The notes under the pieces were generated by a model that saw only the letters and a list, made by a program, of their open reading frames with translations, was not told the DNA's origin and made no database searches. A stretch of 56,697 nt of DNA from a virus. Positions 27,501 through 35,332 of the stretch are shown here, piece by piece. The stretch lies in the UHGV virus genome UHGV-0866312. One strand, given 5' to 3'. The first letter of the stretch is position 1. Each line of letters begins with the position of its first letter. The position numbers were made by a program, and so were the translations under genes.

Positions 27501-28521
27501 TACTTTAAATTTCTTTTGTCATGGTAGTGTACATGATGAGGATTTTTATTTAGAAAATATCTATGGTACTGCTAAAATTACTTTTGGTTTTGTAAAAGAA
27601 TTAACTATGTCTGGCTCATTTAAAATGCTTAATATTCAATGTCCATTTAGAATGTTTGGTAATAGAAGTAGCAATAATGTTAATGAGGGTTGTTTATTCA
27701 AAAGAAATGGTAGTCAAGATGGTATTTATTTAAGGCACTGTAGTTCAGTAGAGATAGAGGGATTTAGATTTAATAGTACAAGTAATGCATCACAATCTGG
27801 TATAGCCTGTGTAGATGGTACTGTAGCATGGATAACAAACTGTGATGTATATAACTACAAGTGGGGTATATATATTGCTAGACAGGCTACTGTATATATG
27901 AAAGATAATAGAGGTACAAGTGGTTCTTGTGGGACTTATTTGCCAGATAGAGGTATATGTGTTTATGGTGGTACTATATGTGCTGGTAACATTAATAACA
28001 CTGTACCTTACAATATTTTTATTGCTAATAACAGTGCTGTTAGATTAACAGATACAGGAGGGTCACCAGCTTATTCATTACAAGGTGCAAAGCCTATAAC
28101 ATCACAAACAATTACTAACTCATTCTCACCTACTGCTTATAGATGTGTGGCTAATTACACTATTGATGGTGAGATAAGACAGGGTAGCTGGAATGGTGCT
28201 ACTAGTGACTGGACTGGGTATATTTACTTTGGGTCAGCACCACAAAGCTTTTTAAGTGGTGGGTCAAACTCATCAGCACAAATATACCTACAAAGAAGAG
28301 GTACAGCACATGGTTACTATTCAGCAGTACCAGTAATTATAGCTGGCACTAATGTAGGCTCATTGTCAATAGGTGAGGGTAAATGGTTTAGCTTACCATC
28401 ATCAGCACTATCAGCTATTGCTAGTGGTAACCCTGTGACATTAACAGGTAAAGGTAACTCACAATATATTAAATTTGAAAGTAATTCAAGTGTTAGAATA
28501 ACAACAACAAAAAGGGTATAG
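21574..28521 (+). CDS. giant tail fiber/Tal-like receptor-binding protein (2315 aa)
   Basis: Position after Dit. Central coiled-coil region with 3 tandem ~153-aa repeats. Two jelly-roll CBM-like modules (...IDWTPAPED). C-terminal right-handed beta-helix-like region with NxxG/Cys-rich repeats. Confidence 0.8.
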   Translation: MFYLYEGGGNKPKLLGVLDTDVDSTESCLVLSAIAKHKVNSISTLDIAIPADHSLNSLITDTTDIVFFDTYGEPQEYHITEIEDIHDDSLDRYLYCEHSAIELNDSIITETMSNASSGDPADYLAFILSFTRWQVGTVDEGVYNSKWNGINDLVGKNCMVALGEFISKYNCEVSYRFTIKDNVITGRYVDIKKQVGNDYGKRFSYEKDINSLKRTVDASGVKTAIFPRIAVNNSSEESGESSTSYITIANVTWNTANGNPVNKPLGDVILVNSDISYKYQRLDKATGKLIHRVMYAEWTQETATDANDLINQAWLILRANSTPKINYECNASDLYLLSGKDVNLSHEHVKLGDRAVILDKAFKPEIRVKSRIMEMTEDLLDPTANNFVFGNTKATLSTSSVDQQQSLEEQLHQLENKLPEYTLPFQNGKPYYDAIKQELKDEFVTSSGYVMIENDNGLWVFDRPADLQPTKAVIVKGGNIGLAKWNTQTSSWELGTFINGTSVNADFITTGHLSGDVIEGHSITADHLTVEAIEFIKTGLASEDDLNKAVEDITKVKDDITGINNEITNINKTIDEAIKGTLDASKLNIINNNLLLLDAEYNNLIARANSVYNNQYLIGQNKVDLDTARTAYKTAYTEYTTYVNTIIADKLVTDAEYTEYVQKTTTYNTALVAINTAIEDANTDIINNVYAQARQGLVTTADLEVNNQSVIASAKLGMVSTGDMTEAIQMATKDLVATGELQEIIDKATSDLTTTDELTAEITKAKIASIQETFKPITTEYKGNLQQANTIYANANLTGTAKTNLNTAKTDYTSKYNALATAIKNIVDNNSIAETYMTAYNTALANLQTATTTLGQRLQEAIASINNAIYSNAKNYADGLKTTIDASIKDVADSVGGLREEVTTSFKDGIISQAETIALQKQIDLLTKEKNSIDTEFTTVYENTDLTGTPKTDLNTKKTAYNTAHTNLITAINTAIKDNSITSDESNDVNAKFTAYCSALCEVKCALQTAIDAIADAKSNGAYTNAKKYADGLKTTTDKSISDVNSAVGTLRKDVTTTIKDGIVSEAEALAIKSNIQVLNSEKADIDKEFTTIYANGNLTGTAKTDLNSKKTAYNTAHTNLINSINNATADGKVTTTEKADIDSKFTAYSTALANYKGALQTAIDNIASNKSNTVYTNAKKYADDLKTATDKSISDVNSAVGTLRKDVTTSIKDGIVSNAEALSIKSNIDVLNMEKADVDKEYTTLYANANLTGTPKTELSSKKTAYNTAHTNLINSINNAVKDNVVTTAEKTDINSKMTAYSTALGNYRVAVQNAIDAIASNRANSAVNNLIVGARNLALKTSNDWVSFTNFTGITNDCRGGYTVLTDGLNVGDSITITFEYKLENMTYSTAGNIRFYLQGSGDVTAWNSGSFPSSPVPSMVANATGTVSYTAKITADHLKNSSWGTNFRTDYITGGKISVRRVRVTKGNKQIDWTPAPEDTTSAINNAVKDLASLNDVTTAQNNAVIKANIEAIKQTYSAVKTEYNNNLQQATTTYNNSYLAGTAKSYLNSAITGYKEKFSAVTTAYNNIVTDNTLSSSELSAWNTAITNLQSYTTTLALRLSEAINYINTAVYNASKKYTDETIPDKLTGYAKTSYVDDAKAQAIKDAKAGMVSTSDLQVNNSEILMTTSKMGQYNMLKNTDYRNGTDHWSKYSVPSGVNWDIVTDTDACVIAGEKAFRVGFTSSTANKYVSYGMSQTVALKAGVSYTLSYWLNTLNAEARVSIFNPPFSSEIASKTYGATNGNNKRETHKYDSITFTPTISGSYHIVFTINKAINASWAGIFVTKPMLCTGINAQAWTGHPDEIYVGVVSITEEHGIKVEHSDANTYSSLDATGLKIWEYNNDNPVASFGDGNTAYISTVNTKKLIADNVTPTITVDGNYSYYFSNTGSGDYSGKDSSNCCAGFTGAMARMCDDFGIDRTHTKGNFFMQGNGTLNFFCHGSVHDEDFYLENIYGTAKITFGFVKELTMSGSFKMLNIQCPFRMFGNRSSNNVNEGCLFKRNGSQDGIYLRHCSSVEIEGFRFNSTSNASQSGIACVDGTVAWITNCDVYNYKWGIYIARQATVYMKDNRGTSGSCGTYLPDRGICVYGGTICAGNINNTVPYNIFIANNSAVRLTDTGGSPAYSLQGAKPITSQTITNSFSPTAYRCVANYTIDGEIRQGSWNGATSDWTGYIYFGSAPQSFLSGGSNSSAQIYLQRRGTAHGYYSAVPVIIAGTNVGSLSIGEGKWFSLPSSALSAIASGNPVTLTGKGNSQYIKFESNSSVRITTTKRV
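24187..25565 (+). repeat. three tandem ~459-bp repeats inside the tail fiber gene
   Basis: Repeat starts at 24187, 24646 and 25106 (aatgctaaaaaWtatgcWgatg...). Partial additional copies lie at about 23880-24180 and 26100-26440. Confidence 0.75.
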
Positions 28522-28528
28522 GACATTT

Positions 28529-28556
28529 AGGGGGCTTTAAAACAGCCCTCTTTTTT
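28529..28556 (+). terminator. rho-independent terminator + class 2 element TTGTGCCTCTTTATAGAGG
   Basis: agggggctttaaaacagccctc followed by TTTTTT. Confidence 0.6.
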
Positions 28557-28581
28557 GTGCCTCTTTATAGAGGTGATGTAG

Positions 28582-28833
28582 ATGATAGAAGTTATAGACA
28601 ATAAAAACTTTGTTGCTACTAAAACAATTACAGTTACTAATGAGGATGGCACTGTAATAGAAATAGCTACTTTATATGGTGGTGTGGAATTAGAAAGGAG
28701 TACATCATATAATTTTACTATTTTAAATAAGGAATTATATTTAGCAAACAAAGAGGCAATACAGCTACAAGTAGATGCCTTTGTAGCAGAAATACAAGCA
28801 AAGATTGAAGAGTTAGGGGGCTTGAAATTTTAA
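28582..28833 (+). CDS. hypothetical protein (XkdX-like position before the holins)
   Basis: 83-aa ORF. Confidence 0.4.
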   Translation: MIEVIDNKNFVATKTITVTNEDGTVIEIATLYGGVELERSTSYNFTILNKELYLANKEAIQLQVDAFVAEIQAKIEELGGLKF

Positions 28834-28845
28834 GGGGGGTTAGAA

Positions 28846-29094
28846 GTGGATGGCAATTTAGTAGATTACAAAATACAAGAGCATGATAAGAGATTAGATG
28901 AGCATGATGTGAAATTCAAAGAGCAAGATGAAAAAATTGTAATGCAAGATAAAAGTATCATTAAGCTTGCATCTAGTATAGATAATTTGACTAATAAATT
29001 GAGCAGTGGATTTGGTTTAATTAAATGGTTTACTGGGATATTCCTAGTAGAGTTAGTGGGATTTTTCTTTTTTATGATTAAATCATTATTTTAG
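28846..29094 (+). CDS. XhlA-like hemolysin/holin accessory protein (coiled coil + C-terminal TM)
   Basis: Charged coiled-coil N-terminus and a single C-terminal TM helix (FTGIFLVELVGFFFFMI). Confidence 0.55.
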   Translation: MDGNLVDYKIQEHDKRLDEHDVKFKEQDEKIVMQDKSIIKLASSIDNLTNKLSSGFGLIKWFTGIFLVELVGFFFFMIKSLF

Positions 29095-29105
29095 GAGGGG
29101 GTTAC

Positions 29106-29390
29106 ATGAATAATTACAAAGATGATTTATTAGACCTGTTAAAAAGGTTAAGACACCCTAGCACTATCATAGCTTTAGTAAGTGCTGTGTTATTTGTTTT
29201 AAATAACTTTGGTGTGATTACTAATAATGAGCAAGTTATTAATATAGCTACTGGGCTTTGTTCTATAGGTGTGCTATTAGGTATTTTAAATAATCCTACA
29301 GGTGATGGCTTATATTTACCTTTTGTACCTAAGAAACCTACAGATAATACAGAAAATACAGAAAGTGAGGAAGATAACAAGGAGGAATAA
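29106..29390 (+). CDS. holin
   Basis: 94 aa with two predicted TM helices and a charged C-terminus, immediately upstream of the endolysin. Confidence 0.6.
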   Translation: MNNYKDDLLDLLKRLRHPSTIIALVSAVLFVLNNFGVITNNEQVINIATGLCSIGVLLGILNNPTGDGLYLPFVPKKPTDNTENTESEEDNKEE

Positions 29391-29392
29391 AA

Positions 29393-30085
29393 ATGGCTTA
29401 TAATCAAGTTAATATTTCAAGTGGTCATAGCATTAATTGTCAAGGTGCTAGTGATATTGTAAATGAGGTAACAGAGGCTAGAAAGGTGGTAGATACAGTT
29501 TATCAAATGGTTAAGGAATGTGGTAAGGGTGCTTATAAGTACCATGATACAGCATCATCATCTAGTCAAAATTTAGCTAATATAGTAAACTGGCATAATG
29601 CTTTTAAGGATGGTATAGATGTATCAGTGCATTTTAATGCCTATCAACATACTAGCAATGGTATGGGTGTAGAGGTGCTTTATTATGGTGGTAGCACACA
29701 AGCTTTAGCAAGTCAAATGGCTACAGCTATATCTAATGCAAGTGGCTTAAAAAACAGAGGTGCAAAGCAAAGGACTGGATTATACTTTTTGAGAAACACT
29801 GTTAAACCAGCTATCTTAATTGAGGTATGTTTCTGTGATAGTGTCAAAGATGTTGAATTATATAGAGCAAAATACAATGAAATTTGTAAGGCTATATGTA
29901 AGACATTAATAGGTGTAGCACCAGCAGATAAAACACCTACACAACCATCTAAGCCAGTAACACCACAAGGAGATACATTATATAGGGTAGTAGCTGGAAG
30001 TTATAAAAATAAAGCTAATGCAGAGGAACAAGTAAAGAAACTGAAAGCAAAGGGCTTTGATGCTTTTATAATGGCAGTTAAATAG
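29393..30085 (+). CDS. endolysin: N-acetylmuramoyl-L-alanine amidase (amidase_2/PGRP-like) + C-terminal SPOR domain
   Basis: The SPOR-like C-terminus YRVVAGSYKNKANAEEQVKKLKAKGFDAFI, plus position after the holin. Confidence 0.65.
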   Translation: MAYNQVNISSGHSINCQGASDIVNEVTEARKVVDTVYQMVKECGKGAYKYHDTASSSSQNLANIVNWHNAFKDGIDVSVHFNAYQHTSNGMGVEVLYYGGSTQALASQMATAISNASGLKNRGAKQRTGLYFLRNTVKPAILIEVCFCDSVKDVELYRAKYNEICKAICKTLIGVAPADKTPTQPSKPVTPQGDTLYRVVAGSYKNKANAEEQVKKLKAKGFDAFIMAVK

Positions 30086-30094
30086 TGATATAAG

Positions 30095-30121
30095 AGGGTA
30101 GCAGAAATGCTACTCTTTTTG
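30095..30121 (+). terminator. rho-independent terminator gggtagcagaaatgctactc+T (sequence reused at 41209 and 45026)
   Basis: Stem-loop followed by a T-run after the endolysin. Confidence 0.7.
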
Positions 30122-30463
30122 TTTGCCCCTACAATGCCCCTAGAGGCTTTTATAACAGCTTTTATTATAGAGTAGACTTACTAGACCTTTAAATTAAAGT
30201 CTATTCCTAGAGGCTGTTAGGGCTATTTATAAAGGTGGTTTACAATATTTTTCTAGTAAAACAAGAATGGCACTATCACTGGCTTATAAAAAATAGAGTT
30301 ACATATTAATTCAGCAAAGAGGCTGATAGGTTAAAAGGCTATTGTTATGTATACCATATGTCACAGAAAATAGGACAGGTGCATATATTAATAGGTGAGG
30401 ATATAACTGCTATAACTTCTTATATCTTTTATATATAACAACAAAGTAACTGTTAAATAATAG

Positions 30464-30504
30464 GTAAAAATATTGACCTAAAGATAATAACTATATATAA
30501 CTAT
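30464..30504 (+). promoter_or_regulatory. near-consensus sigma-A-type promoter (TTGACC-N17-TATAAC); copy 2 of the 41-bp exact repeat
   Basis: Identical to 1025-1065. Its upstream ~60 bp (ctgctataacttctt...) is also similar to 961-1024. Confidence 0.65.
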
Positions 30505-30608
30505 TTATTTTGTATTATCTTACAGTAAAATATTTTACCTTTATTAAAAATGTCACAGTATCAAATAAAATGCTTATTTAATAGTAAAGAATGATTGAGG
30601 TGATATTT

Positions 30609-30950
30609 ATGAATAAACTTAATTTATTTTCTTACTATAAGAATGTTGATAATACAGAGGTAAATGGTGTGCTAGTAAATAGTAAACTTTTTGAAAGTGG
30701 TGCTTTAGGTGAGATAGGTGTTAATAATTTTATAGTGCTTTGTTGTATCTATTCATACAAAGATAATTCTAACATTAGCCATATTAGTATTAGGAATATA
30801 GCTAGTTTAACAGGATTTTCAACAACTACAGTACAAAAATGTATTAAAGAGTTAAAAAATTATGGCTATTTCACAGTTAAACAAGTTAAAGAAAAAGGGT
30901 CAAACTTCATACAAAATGTATATGACTTTACTGAATGTAAGGGGGCTTAA
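30609..30950 (+). CDS. winged-helix protein, paralog of the replisome organizer N-terminal domain
   Basis: NSKLFESGALGEIGVNNFIVLCCIYSY...TTTVQKCIKELKNYGYF aligns with 30953 (KDLFESGAIKELGINKFTVLSCIY...PTVIKCIKELENDGYF). Confidence 0.55.
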   Translation: MNKLNLFSYYKNVDNTEVNGVLVNSKLFESGALGEIGVNNFIVLCCIYSYKDNSNISHISIRNIASLTGFSTTTVQKCIKELKNYGYFTVKQVKEKGSNFIQNVYDFTECKGA

Positions 30951-30952
30951 AT

Positions 30953-31678
30953 ATGCAAGAGTTAAACAGATATATAGAGTTTAATAGTGTAGGTAATATT
31001 ATTGGTGCTGGTGTGAAACTTAATAAAGACTTATTTGAAAGTGGGGCTATTAAGGAATTAGGTATTAATAAATTCACTGTATTAAGCTGTATCTACTGCT
31101 TTATCAATAGTGATTATGAAAGTTACCCTAGTATTAGGACAATAGTAAAACTTACAGGTATTTCAAAGCCTACAGTAATAAAGTGCATCAAGGAATTAGA
31201 GAATGATGGTTATTTCAAAGTTAAAAACATCAAGGAAAATGGTGCTATATATATTCACAATGTTTATGAATTTCCAGCACCTAGTAAAGTTGATACAAAG
31301 GGATATGATGAGCCAGATAATGAAAAGGCTTTGACAGCTAGAGACTACATTAGCTTATGGTGTAGCAAATATAGTGAGGCTTTTGGACACAGCTATACAC
31401 CTAACTATAGGAAAGATTGTAGTATGTTTAAAAATAAGATAATGGCTAATTATGAGCAAGCTGACATTATTAAAATGTTAGATATTCTATTCACTCAATA
31501 CAGTAGAAAGTGGAGCAAGAAAGGATATGAGTACCCCACTATAGGTGCTTTTTGTTCATGGTTATATCAAGAATGTTATAGAGAAATTCAGCTAAACAAA
31601 GATAAAGAGGAAAGAATGAAAGAAGTAGCAAGAAAGGCAGAGGATAATGATACCTTTGATAAATTTATGAATATGTAG
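30953..31678 (+). CDS. phage replisome organizer/replication initiator (N-terminal winged helix)
   Basis: Phage_rep_org_N-like N-domain and position before the helicase loader. Confidence 0.55.
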   Translation: MQELNRYIEFNSVGNIIGAGVKLNKDLFESGAIKELGINKFTVLSCIYCFINSDYESYPSIRTIVKLTGISKPTVIKCIKELENDGYFKVKNIKENGAIYIHNVYEFPAPSKVDTKGYDEPDNEKALTARDYISLWCSKYSEAFGHSYTPNYRKDCSMFKNKIMANYEQADIIKMLDILFTQYSRKWSKKGYEYPTIGAFCSWLYQECYREIQLNKDKEERMKEVARKAEDNDTFDKFMNM

Positions 31679-31690
31679 GAGGTGTAGCCT

Positions 31691-32458
31691 ATGGCAGTAG
31701 AATGTAAGGAATGTTGCTTTTATGATACCTGTAAAAAGAGAGATAACAGCACTGGCACATGTTATCCAAATGTGCTGATGTATGGTGCAAAAGGTAATAC
31801 AGGAATATGGAAAGCAGTAGGAGTACCAAAAAGGTATAAAAAGTGTAGATTAGATAATTTACCAATTAAAGCAGAAAACCCAAAAGTATATAAGATGGTA
31901 GAAAAGTATATAGGTAATGTCATTGCTAATGTACTAGATAAAAATATTAGCTTGTATTTATATTCAATACCTGTGCCAGACAATAAATTAGGTGTAGGTA
32001 ATGGAAAGACCACCACAGCAGTAACTATATTAAATCATTTCACTATTGAGATATGTAGGGCTTATTTAAAAGGTCAATATAAAGACTTGTTTAATCAAAC
32101 TAACCCTAGCTTATTTGTAAAATGTAGTGAATTTCAAAATGTATATAATGCACAATTTAGAGGTAATGAAATGCAAAAGGAAGATGCCAGCATTAGGTAT
32201 TATTCATTAAAAAACAGTATGAAAAAAATACCCCTACTGGTATTAGATGATATTGCTATAAGAAATAGTACAGAGGCTTTTTTAAATGAATTATATGAGG
32301 TTATAGATGCCAGAGTAAATGAGGAATTAACTACTATCTACACTAGTAATGTCACACTAGAAGAGGTTAGCAGTATCTTAGATGATAGAGTGAGCAGTAG
32401 GATTAGTAGCAACTGTGTCATTATTGGTATGACTGGTAAAGACCACAGAGGACTATAG
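31691..32458 (+). CDS. DnaC/IstB-like helicase loader ATPase with N-terminal Cys cluster
   Basis: Walker A GVGNGKTTTAV and Walker B LLVLDDIA. Confidence 0.65.
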   Translation: MAVECKECCFYDTCKKRDNSTGTCYPNVLMYGAKGNTGIWKAVGVPKRYKKCRLDNLPIKAENPKVYKMVEKYIGNVIANVLDKNISLYLYSIPVPDNKLGVGNGKTTTAVTILNHFTIEICRAYLKGQYKDLFNQTNPSLFVKCSEFQNVYNAQFRGNEMQKEDASIRYYSLKNSMKKIPLLVLDDIAIRNSTEAFLNELYEVIDARVNEELTTIYTSNVTLEEVSSILDDRVSSRISSNCVIIGMTGKDHRGL

Positions 32459-32469
32459 GGGGTGAATGA

Positions 32470-33723
32470 ATGTTAGAATGTAAATTATTATCAAAAGTAA
32501 TTACAGAGCATTGCTACTTTGAATTGAATAGATACAATGTAGGCTATGGTGATTTTTACACTCAAAAGAAAGCATACAAATTTATAAAGGAATATGTAGC
32601 AGAGTTTAAGCAAGTACCCTCTTATGAGACTGTGGTAGCAGAGTGTGAGGACTTTGACTATATACCAGAGGTAGCAGATAGTATAGGTTATTTATGTAAG
32701 ACCTTAAAGAGTAACAGGGCTAGGAGAGAGGCTTTTGATTTACTACAAAATAAAGCCAGTGACCAATTTAATAAGCTAAAAGGTAATGACTTCATTAACT
32801 GGCTATGTGAGGAAACCCAAAAGATAAAAGATGTAACAGAGGCTACCAGCTATACAGGTAGTAACTGGGCTAAAAATGGTGAGGAAAGAAAGAATAGATA
32901 TGAAGAGGCTAAAAGAGGTGAAAGCATCATAATACCTACACCTTATAACAAGCTAAATAAGGGCTTTGCTGGTGGTATGTATGGTGGTGACTATTTAATG
33001 CTTTTTGCTTTTACTAACAAAGGTAAGTCATGGATATGTTGCCAATTTGGTGTAACTGCATGGACTAATAATTTTGATGTATTACACTACAGCCCAGAGG
33101 AAAACAGGGCAAAGGTAGAAAGTAGATTAGATACAGTATTAGGACATTTCAGTAATACTCATATCAAGAAAGCTGACCTATATAATGAGGATGAATATTT
33201 TGGATATTTAAGTGCTTTCAATGAAAATACACAGCATGACTATTTAATAAAGACAATGGAAGATTTACCAAAAGGGTTAAGCTGTGATGTTATAGAGGCT
33301 GACTTATTAGCACACCCAAATACTAAAATGGTTATAGTGGATGGATTAAACCTTATGAGAGGAATAAGCAATAATAACAGGGATAACATCACATATAACA
33401 GTAGAAGAATAAGACAAATGGCAAATAGGTACAATGTAGTATTTGTAGTATCACATCAAGTCAGTAAGCAAGGAATGAAAGAAAGTGAGTTTACTGATGA
33501 AAGTGGATTAAGAATAGTAAGCCCACCAAAGCTAGACAGCTACAGTGAGGGCATAGCTACAATACAAGACCCTACAGCAGTATTAAGCTATGACTATAGT
33601 GATGGTATTGGTAAATTCCTTGTAGCTAAAAGTAGGGATAACAATAAAGATGATGAGATAGAGTTACAAGTACAGTATGATACTGGATATATTACAGAGG
33701 TAGAGGAATGTGATTTTATCTAA
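32470..33723 (+). CDS. DnaB-like replicative helicase
   Basis: RecA-like domain with TNKGKS Walker A, 417 aa, positioned after the loader. Confidence 0.55.
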   Translation: MLECKLLSKVITEHCYFELNRYNVGYGDFYTQKKAYKFIKEYVAEFKQVPSYETVVAECEDFDYIPEVADSIGYLCKTLKSNRARREAFDLLQNKASDQFNKLKGNDFINWLCEETQKIKDVTEATSYTGSNWAKNGEERKNRYEEAKRGESIIIPTPYNKLNKGFAGGMYGGDYLMLFAFTNKGKSWICCQFGVTAWTNNFDVLHYSPEENRAKVESRLDTVLGHFSNTHIKKADLYNEDEYFGYLSAFNENTQHDYLIKTMEDLPKGLSCDVIEADLLAHPNTKMVIVDGLNLMRGISNNNRDNITYNSRRIRQMANRYNVVFVVSHQVSKQGMKESEFTDESGLRIVSPPKLDSYSEGIATIQDPTAVLSYDYSDGIGKFLVAKSRDNNKDDEIELQVQYDTGYITEVEECDFI

Positions 33724-33852
33724 TAGTAAGGGTGACACAATATTGTCACTCTTTTTCTATGTTTGGGTGTTTGAATATTCAAAAATGTCACAGCATGTAT
33801 GTTACTGAATATAATTATATTAGAAAATTGAAAATAGAAGTGGGGTGGTAAT

Positions 33853-34254
33853 ATGTTAAAGAGTAGCATGTATTTAAGGGCTACAGAGGATATAGAAAAT
33901 TACTATATTGCTAAAACATTTAAAAAGGTTTATGTATCACATCCTTTTCAAAATAAAGTAGAAAATGTGATAGCAATTAAACAAATAATTAAGGATTTAA
34001 CAGTAGGGCATTTAAAGGCTAATGTAAATGACCTTTTATTTATAAGCCCTGTATTACTATTTGGTCATATGTACAATGATACAGATTATGACTATGGCTT
34101 ATGGATGTGCTTAGATATTCTTAAAGACTGTGATTATATCATCATGGCTGGGGAGTGGAGAAAGTCAAGGGGCTGTATGGCTGAATACTATTACTGCAAA
34201 GCAAATAATATACCAATATATTTGCTGGGGGATGTAATTAATGAAAGTGAATAA
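33853..34254 (+). CDS. hypothetical protein, nucleoside 2-deoxyribosyltransferase-like fold (weak)
   Basis: Pattern VYVSHPF...ISPVLLFG...DYIIMAGEW..SRGCMAEYYYC...NIPIY resembles Rossmann-like deoxyribosyltransferase/DUF4406. Confidence 0.3.
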   Translation: MLKSSMYLRATEDIENYYIAKTFKKVYVSHPFQNKVENVIAIKQIIKDLTVGHLKANVNDLLFISPVLLFGHMYNDTDYDYGLWMCLDILKDCDYIIMAGEWRKSRGCMAEYYYCKANNIPIYLLGDVINESE

Positions 34255-35203
34255 TATGGATATTCCAGTAAATGTGCTGGAAGAGTTAGAGCCATATTTT
34301 GACCAGTTACAAAAGTATGTTGTAAGAGGTAATAAACTACAAGCCTGTAGCCCTTTTAGAATTGATAAAAAGCCTAGCTTTGCAGTCAACCTAGATAATG
34401 GCACATTTATTGATAGTGGTAATGATAATCCAGAATACTACAAAGGCAACTTTGTTAAACTACTGGCTTATTTAAGGCAAGAAAGTTATGAGGATGCTTT
34501 ACAGTATTTAATGGATAAATATAATTTAGTGCTACAAGATGTGGATGCATTACACTTACAACTTAATTTACAAGATGATGAAAAGTCTTATAACACTTTT
34601 AACTGGACTACTGACCTAAAGTATTTGCATTTTAGGTCAAAGTATTTAGGTACTAGGGGCATTACAGAAAAAGTGCAAAGGCTTTTTTTTGTGGGCTTTG
34701 ATAGAGAAAAGAAAGCAGTAGCTATGTGCTGGCATGATGTTAATGGACAGATTATTAATGTCAAATTTAGGTCAACTACTGGCAAGCAATTTGCTTATAT
34801 GCCAGATGGTCAGCTAGTTAGAAACCATATATATGGACTATATCAATGTATTAAATATGGCTATAAGGATGTGGCATTAGTTGAGGCTGAAATAGACTGC
34901 ATGTACTTATGGTCAAATGGTATACCAGCCATTGCAGTAGGTCACAGTGGTATCACATCCATACAGTTAAAACTATTACAAAGGTATGTAACAAGTATAA
35001 CCATAGCTAGTGATAATGATGGTGCTGGTAATAGATTTAGAAAACAGCTAAAAGAAATACTACCAAAACACTTTACTACCTATGATATTGACATACCAAA
35101 GGGGTGCAAAGATGTTAATGAGGTATCACCAGAGCAAATAAAGCTAACATTTTCTCAAAGAAAACCAGTGTTATTTGATAATTTAATAAAACTATCATTG
35201 TAA
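34241..35203 (+). CDS. DNA primase (DnaG-like zinc finger + Toprim)
   Basis: CSPFRIDKKPSFAV zinc-finger motif. Toprim motifs VEAEIDCMY and IASDNDGAGN. Confidence 0.75.
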   Translation: MKVNNMDIPVNVLEELEPYFDQLQKYVVRGNKLQACSPFRIDKKPSFAVNLDNGTFIDSGNDNPEYYKGNFVKLLAYLRQESYEDALQYLMDKYNLVLQDVDALHLQLNLQDDEKSYNTFNWTTDLKYLHFRSKYLGTRGITEKVQRLFFVGFDREKKAVAMCWHDVNGQIINVKFRSTTGKQFAYMPDGQLVRNHIYGLYQCIKYGYKDVALVEAEIDCMYLWSNGIPAIAVGHSGITSIQLKLLQRYVTSITIASDNDGAGNRFRKQLKEILPKHFTTYDIDIPKGCKDVNEVSPEQIKLTFSQRKPVLFDNLIKLSL

Positions 35204-35235
35204 TATTACTAAACTACTAAACTTTTCCAAAAGTA

Positions 35236-35264
35236 TTAACATTTAGAAACTATTCTAATATAAT
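35236..35264 (+). promoter_or_regulatory. sigma-A-type promoter TTAACA-N17-TATAAT
   Basis: Direct reading, upstream of 35333. Confidence 0.5.
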
Positions 35265-35332
35265 AATAGTGTAAACAGAATTTACAGAAAATACAAATAA
35301 AATAAAAATATTATGAAAGGATAGAGAGTGTT

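Noticed and set aside
21574-28521. Diversity-generating retroelement or invertible (shufflon/Gin-type) tail fiber segment
   Set aside because: I found no reverse transcriptase gene, no template/variable repeat pair with adenine-specific differences, and no inverted crossover sites flanking fiber segments. The invertase-like gene at 5440 is about 16 kb away.
30086-30590. A tRNA or attP in the 500-bp non-coding gap after the endolysin
   Set aside because: No cloverleaf-compatible sequence was found (no GTTC-type T-arm or anticodon stem). The palindromes present (cctagaggc..., agtagactt/aagtctatt) are short and the region is far from the large serine recombinase gene. They cannot be assigned without an attB comparison.
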